Assembly (NCBI GenBank): GCA_028694995.1
Contig: JAQVJU010000001.1
Span: 15,314-79,313 of the forward strand
Source: Minisyncoccota bacterium
Lineage (GTDB): Bacteria; Patescibacteriota; Minisyncoccia; UBA6257
Direction of reading: 5' to 3'
DNA length: 64,000 nt
In this document: piece after piece, positions 59,211 through 64,000 of the stretch
Layout of the letters: the number at the start of each line of letters is the position of its first letter
Position numbering within the stretch: the stretch's first letter is position 1
The notes under the pieces: generated by a model
Databases searched by the model: none
The model's input: the letters and a program-made list of their open reading frames with translations, nothing else
What the model was told of the DNA's origin: nothing
Made by a program: the position numbers and the translations under genes

Positions 59211-60800
59211 TTAAGCAAACATTAGTAATTCAGGTTTAAAAATCATCAAAATTCCAATAAGGAGCATTAAAATTCCTCCAATTAAATAGGAAAGTCGCGT
59301 GTATTTATTTGTCAAACCAGTTACTTTTAAAGTTAACATGGCGCCTATAAAAACAATTAAATCATCGAGCATGAAAATAAAGATATACAATAACATGTAA
59401 GAATAATATTGCCAGTTAGTTAAATTGCTTAAAGCCAAAGTTTGGGTAAATACAACTGGAAAACCAATTGAACAAACTAATTCTATCAAATTAACCATGC
59501 CCGCTAAAAGAATAATACCTATCAAGGACAAGATTAAAGATTTCTTATGAACAATTGATTTTACTTTATCTAGAATAGATTTTTTTTGTTCAACATTGGT
59601 CGCCTTGCAAGCAGCATCTGGATTAATAAAATAATCTCTTAAATTGTAAATACCACTACTAATGGCTACTAATCCTATTAATAATCTAATCCAGAAAATA
59701 AACCCAAGGAAAAGAATTAAGTTCAGCCAAGCTGCCATAAAAAGAAAGTAGACAAAGGCTGAAGCAATAATAAAAGTAAAGCCCAAGATCCACATTTTCT
59801 TTCTATCCTTAATTTTAATCAGAAAACTGATTAAAAAAACTAACACCCACATTGCGCAAGGATTAAACCCATCAAGCCCGCCTAAAACAATAGATAGAAC
59901 TGGCAAAGAAAGATCTTTTGTTTTTACTTCACCTATTAAAGGGATTTTAATCTTATCTGGTAGTGGTTTTTCTTTGGTTGATTCTCCAAAATGAGTAAAA
60001 CGAGTGATAATACTTTCTACTAAATCAGGACATTCTTGTTCTATATAGCATTTTATTGATTCTTCTATCATCTTACCTGAAACTTCTTCATTGTGCCAAC
60101 CTATTATAATTTTTTCTCCAATTACCAATAAAGGTAAATCTGGATTCTGGATACCAAACTCCTCTATTATTTGTTTTAATATTTCAGCGTTTTTAGTCTG
60201 AGTAGTATTAAGATAAACAATATTAAGATTAGGGTATTTGTCTTTAGTTTCATCTAAATAATTTTTCTCTTGGGCACATAATGGACAACCATCAGTCCAA
60301 AAAAGATAAGCTTTGATTTCTTCTTGATTGACTAAAGTGGTTGTTGTGGTGCTTGTGGGTGGAGTTTGTTGTGTGGTCATAGTTGTTTGATCAGAAAAAA
60401 GCATGGCTTTAATTGAATCTGAACAAACATTATTCAAACAATTCAAAACCAACTCTTCTATCTGTTGGCCCGTGGTTTCATCTTGGTGATAACCAATCAA
60501 AGGTTCATCATTTATTATCATTATGGGCACACCAGGAATATCTATCTCTAGTTTTTCTCCTATCTCAATTAATAAATCACGATTTGCTTTGTTGTTATAA
60601 ATCTCAAAACTATAAACCTTAAGAGAAGGATATTTTGATTCCAAAGACTTTAAAAATAATTCCTCTTGAGCACAATGAGGACAGCCCTGACCCCAGAAGA
60701 AATAAAGATTAATTTCATCTTCCTGGGCAAAAGAATTTTTAGCAACGCAGCCAAAAATTATAACAAGACCAATTAAGCCTAATAAAAAATATTTTTTCAT
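59211..60800 (-). CDS. Exported tandem thioredoxin/glutaredoxin domains fused to a DsbD/CcdA-like membrane domain
   Basis: Signal peptide; 'GCPHC' and 'GCPLC'; membrane Cys in 'DGFNPCAMW' and 'ELVCSIG'. Confidence 0.85.
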   Translation of the reverse strand: MKKYFLLGLIGLVIIFGCVAKNSFAQEDEINLYFFWGQGCPHCAQEELFLKSLESKYPSLKVYSFEIYNNKANRDLLIEIGEKLEIDIPGVPIMIINDEPLIGYHQDETTGQQIEELVLNCLNNVCSDSIKAMLFSDQTTMTTQQTPPTSTTTTTLVNQEEIKAYLFWTDGCPLCAQEKNYLDETKDKYPNLNIVYLNTTQTKNAEILKQIIEEFGIQNPDLPLLVIGEKIIIGWHNEEVSGKMIEESIKCYIEQECPDLVESIITRFTHFGESTKEKPLPDKIKIPLIGEVKTKDLSLPVLSIVLGGLDGFNPCAMWVLVFLISFLIKIKDRKKMWILGFTFIIASAFVYFLFMAAWLNLILFLGFIFWIRLLIGLVAISSGIYNLRDYFINPDAACKATNVEQKKSILDKVKSIVHKKSLILSLIGIILLAGMVNLIELVCSIGFPVVFTQTLALSNLTNWQYYSYMLLYIFIFMLDDLIVFIGAMLTLKVTGLTNKYTRLSYLIGGILMLLIGILMIFKPELLMFA

Positions 60801-60810
60801 TATCTTTAAA

Positions 60811-61734
60811 TTAATTATTCAATTCTTTGATATATGAATAGGCAGAAAGGGCAGCTGAGGCGCCTTGGCCAACAGCAACAACAATTTGCTTAAAAGGAAA
60901 ATCACAAACATCACCAGCAACAAAAATCCCTTTATGAGAAGTTTCCATGGTTTTTAAATTACTCATAATTTCCCTTTTTTCATTTAAATCAATGAATCCT
61001 TTTACAAACTCTGTATTTGGCATAACACCAATTTGAATAAAGCAACCAGCTGTTTCTATTTCATGAATTTTTTTTGTCTTTCGTTCCTGATAAACAATTT
61101 TTTTTAATTCTCCATCCCCTTCAAAACTTAAAACTTCTGCATTAGTGATTATTTGAATTCTTGATTGATTTTCTATTTCTTCTTTTAAGATCTCATCACA
61201 AGTTAAATGATCCAAGTATTCTAATAAATAAATTTCTGAAGCAAATTTTAAAAGGCTAATTGCTGCTTCAGCTCCAGTGTTTCCGCCGCCAATTACTGCT
61301 ACTTTTTTATTTTCAAAAGCCTTTTCATCGCAAGTAAGGCAATAAGAAATTCCTTTTCCTATAAACCTCTCTTCATTTTTAATGTTTAATCTTTTTAATT
61401 CTGCGCCTGTGGCAATAATTATTGCTAGACTATTATATTCTTTTTCTTTAGTCTTCAACTTAAAACCAACTTTCAATTTTTCTATCTTAATAACTTCTTC
61501 ATAATTCTGTATGGTTATTTCATTTTGAACCAAATGATTATGAAATAATTTTAATAAATCCCTACCATTGATTTTTGGAAAACCAGGATAGTTTTCTATT
61601 CTCCAAGACAAGCCAACTTGACCTAAAAACTCTTTAGTAATTAATAATGTTTTTAACTTTTTCCGGGAAGCATAAATACCCGCGGTAATTCCAGCTGGAC
61701 CACCACCTAGAATAATTAAATCATATTGTGCCAT
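60811..61734 (-). CDS. trxB: Thioredoxin reductase family FAD oxidoreductase
   Basis: 'GGGPAG', 'GISYCLTCD', 'IGGGNTG', 'FVAGDV'. Confidence 0.9.
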   Translation of the reverse strand: MAQYDLIILGGGPAGITAGIYASRKKLKTLLITKEFLGQVGLSWRIENYPGFPKINGRDLLKLFHNHLVQNEITIQNYEEVIKIEKLKVGFKLKTKEKEYNSLAIIIATGAELKRLNIKNEERFIGKGISYCLTCDEKAFENKKVAVIGGGNTGAEAAISLLKFASEIYLLEYLDHLTCDEILKEEIENQSRIQIITNAEVLSFEGDGELKKIVYQERKTKKIHEIETAGCFIQIGVMPNTEFVKGFIDLNEKREIMSNLKTMETSHKGIFVAGDVCDFPFKQIVVAVGQGASAALSAYSYIKELNN

Positions 61735-61975
61735 ATTTTTTCAAAGCTTCATCAATTTTTTCTTTTTTCCAACCAATAATTATTTCATCATTTATTATTA
61801 AAACAGGAATATTTTTTTGTTTGGAAATTTCTTCCATTTCCTGTCTCTTTTCTGGTTGTTCATATAAGTCAATTTCTTCAAACCCAATTCCTTGATGTGA
61901 TAAATAATCTTTAACCACATAACAATAAGAACAATCTGGGGATGAATAAATTTTGATTTTTACTTTTTCTGTCAT
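61721..61975 (-). CDS. Glutaredoxin/NrdH-like protein
   Basis: 'CSYC', 'IPVLII'. Confidence 0.9.
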   Translation of the reverse strand: MTEKVKIKIYSSPDCSYCYVVKDYLSHQGIGFEEIDLYEQPEKRQEMEEISKQKNIPVLIINDEIIIGWKKEKIDEALKKYGTI

Positions 61976-62088
61976 TTTTGATTCTTTAATTTTTACTATA
62001 ACAAATTATAACAAAGAAATTAAATAAGAAAAAGAATATTCAATTAATATCCTTTTTCTGATATACTTTTGAAAAGAAAATTTATAAG

Positions 62089-62159
62089 GGGCTGGTAGGT
62101 AAATGGCATACCACGGCATTCGCATTGCCGAATTCCGGGTTCGATTCCCGGTCAGTCCA
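62089..62159 (+). tRNA. tRNA-Ala(CGC), no CCA
   Basis: G3.U70 identity pair; anticodon arm CGGCA-TTCGCAT-TGCCG. Confidence 0.9.
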
Positions 62160-62164
62160 CTAAC

Positions 62165-62193
62165 AAAATCTCTGTTTTTAAAACAGAGATTTT
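62165..62193. terminator. Bidirectional terminator hairpin
   Basis: AAAATCTCTGTTTT-T-AAAACAGAGATTTT inverted repeat. Confidence 0.75.
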
Positions 62194-63241
62194 ATTTTCT
62201 CTCTAGGTTCTTTTCACAATCAGGACATTTAAAGATTGAGCAAGGTGTGCCGCGCTGATGAGGAATTTTATACCCGCATTCTGGGCAAACACAATAACCG
62301 CCTGGCCCTAATCCAGTTGCCTCTTCTATCTTGTTTTTAAACCGACCGCGCCTTTGCCAGCCATAGCTGCGACCTATCATTGGCTTATAATACCCTGTTT
62401 CAAGTTCATGGCTCTGAATCTGAATCATCACATAAGTAAGATTTTTAATCTCTTCCATTAATTCTTTTCTTAATTTATCTGAAATTTCAGTTGCCTCTTG
62501 AACTTTTAAATTACTTGGTAAGTTTATCTCCAAACTAGCAGTTATAGCAGAGCCTTTCTTTTGAGTCTTTAAAGAATCAATTAGAATATTTTGTTTTGTA
62601 GCAATTTCATTTATTTTTGTTTCAATTTCTGGATCTGCTGAAACATCTAATAAAGAATCAGCTGCTTCTTTACCTAAAGAAAAAGATTCTTTAATAACAT
62701 AAATTCCAATTAAAAAAGCTAAGATTGAATCTGTGTAAATCCAATATTTTGTTAAAAACAATCCTATAAAAACCACTAAAGAAGCATAAACATCTATTCG
62801 AGAATGGACTCCATCAGACAATAGGGCGATTGAGTTTTCTTTCTTACCAAAATGAATTTTTAATCGAGCCATTATTTCATTAACTAAGGCAGAAATAATC
62901 ATAATACCAAAAGCTAAAACTGGAATCTTTATTATAGAGGGATTAACAAAACTCTGAACAGCTTCATAAATAATTCCAATCCCTGTGGCTAGAAGTATTA
63001 AGGTAATCACCATTCCAGCTAAGACCTCAAATTTATAATATCCATAAGGATGTTTTTGATCTTCTGGTTTCTTTGATATCTTAATACCAATAAATCCTAT
63101 GACTGAGGAAAAAATATCCATTAAAGAATGAATTCCTTCTGCCAAAACAGCTGTTGAACTAGAAAAGAGACCAATGCTAATTTTTGCACCAGCTAAAAAG
63201 ATATTAGATATTATAGAAACTAAAGCAATTTTTTCTTTCAT
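62192..63241 (-). CDS. Cation diffusion facilitator transporter with a Cys-rich C-terminal extension (start probably 63241)
   Basis: 'AEGIHSLMD', 'HPYGYYKFE', 'SDGVHSRID'; tail 'GPGGYCVCPECG..PHQRGTPC..CPDC'. Confidence 0.9.
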   Translation of the reverse strand: MKEKIALVSIISNIFLAGAKISIGLFSSSTAVLAEGIHSLMDIFSSVIGFIGIKISKKPEDQKHPYGYYKFEVLAGMVITLILLATGIGIIYEAVQSFVNPSIIKIPVLAFGIMIISALVNEIMARLKIHFGKKENSIALLSDGVHSRIDVYASLVVFIGLFLTKYWIYTDSILAFLIGIYVIKESFSLGKEAADSLLDVSADPEIETKINEIATKQNILIDSLKTQKKGSAITASLEINLPSNLKVQEATEISDKLRKELMEEIKNLTYVMIQIQSHELETGYYKPMIGRSYGWQRRGRFKNKIEEATGLGPGGYCVCPECGYKIPHQRGTPCSIFKCPDCEKNLERK

Positions 63242-63484
63242 TTTTTTACTTATTTTGACTATACGCCCATAACTGTCTTTTGTCAATTTTTAATTTAAAA
63301 TATAAAACCTGATCTCTAAGTCATAATTAAATATCTTTTATCTTTTATTGCAATAAAATAAAATTTAATAATAACTAAGATTAATTTTATTTTTGGCTTA
63401 ACAAAGCTAAAACCTGCTTAAAAACCAGGTTTGCGCTTAAATAAGCCATTTCTTTGAAATTGTTTCACACTTTGTTTCACACAA

Positions 63485-63500
63485 TGTTTCATGTGAAACA
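63485..63500. promoter_or_regulatory. parS site (ParB binding)
   Basis: TGTTTCATGTGAAACA, one mismatch from the consensus TGTTTCACGTGAAACA. Confidence 0.78.
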
Positions 63501-63625
63501 TTTTATCTCATAAATCAGGGTATTTTTCTATTTTTGGCTTAACAGAGCCAAAACCCGTCAAAATGCCGGGTTTGCGCTTAAATAAGCCATTTCTTTGAAA
63601 TTGTTTCACACTTTGTTTCACACAA

Positions 63626-63641
63626 TGTTTCATGTGAAACA
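63626..63641. promoter_or_regulatory. parS site (ParB binding)
   Basis: TGTTTCATGTGAAACA, second copy. Confidence 0.78.
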
Positions 63642-63847
63642 TTTTGCTTAAAATTGTAAAAAATACATGTTAATATATCTTAATAATATCTATATAATAT
63701 AAATTATTGTTTTTTATAAAAAAATGATTTTCTCTTTAAAAAACTAACTTAAGTTCTTTTGTATGATAAAACTCTATTTTAAAATTTTTCTCTGAATTGC
63801 AATCTTTGATTTTTTTAATAAAAACTATTAATGCTTAATTATAAAAG

Positions 63848-63917
63848 TTGACTTTTGAAAAAAAGAGAGTAGAATAAGTGTTAATGAAGAGATCGCGAAA
63901 AGCGGTCTTTCTTAATA
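63848..63917 (+). promoter_or_regulatory. Promoter and leader hairpin upstream of the nusA-like gene
   Basis: TTGACT-16nt-TAGAAT, then AGAGATCGC-GAAAA-GCGGTCTTT. Confidence 0.55.
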
Positions 63918-63929
63918 AAAATTAAAAAA

Positions 63930-64000
63930 ATGATAGATTTAAAAACATTAAAACCATTAGTACGCCAAATAGCAGAAGAAAAAGGATTACCAGAACAAAG
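63930..64000 (+). CDS. nusA: Probable NusA N-terminus (cut off by the window edge)
   Basis: MIDLKTLKPLVRQIAEEKGLPEQ resembles the NusA N-terminal 'I..EKGI' motif; only 23 aa visible. Confidence 0.55.
   Translation, partial: MIDLKTLKPLVRQIAEEKGLPEQ

Larger units (their letters stand above)
63388..63645. repeat. Two ~117-bp direct repeats with a 141-bp period (63388-63504 and 63529-63645)
   Basis: Identical 3' portion from GGTTTGCGCTTAAATAAGCC to GTGAAACATTTT. Confidence 0.92.

Noticed and set aside
1812-60622. Many 60-160 aa ORFs antisense to or nested in long genes (e.g. 23469-23909, 26036-26464, 31830-32309)
   Set aside because: These are shadow ORFs opposite well-conserved genes, with no motifs or independent expression signals.
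63388-63645. Direct repeats as a CRISPR array or IS ends
   Set aside because: There are only two long copies and no transposase or cas genes; parS content explains them better.

Overview
This is a very AT-rich, gene-dense bacterial chromosome segment using the standard genetic code (genes end in TAA, TAG and TGA). The gene content points, by inference, to a Patescibacteria/CPR (Parcubacteria-like) genome: short S1 and IF-2, alpha2-type GlyRS, tandem VirB2/TrbC-like pilins, a sortase and CAP protein, and few SD sites. It carries about 50 CDS (rny, rnj, pnp, gpmI, secG, recO, recG, ftsH, infB, cca, argS, valS, trpS, glyQS, tsaD, gyrA, a thiol-redox cluster and surface proteins). There are 21 scattered tRNA genes, 15 of them without an encoded CCA. 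Main observations: (1) tRNA-Phe(GAA) is interrupted by a 236-nt group I intron after U33. (2) The decoding set is unusual: Ile(UAU), Arg(GCG) plus Arg(UCG), and Glu with C33. (3) A non-SD motif, AA(A/G)GTCG, lies 25-27 nt upstream of several start codons, and in one case the spacing is kept by looping out a hairpin. (4) A ~300-nt rod-like RNA structure fills the space between a consensus promoter and the rny start codon. (5) tRNAs abut genes in a way that suggests tRNA punctuation. (6) A 141-bp tandem duplication carries parS sites and covarying palindromes. All calls come from reading the sequence and the ORF track; no database searches were run.
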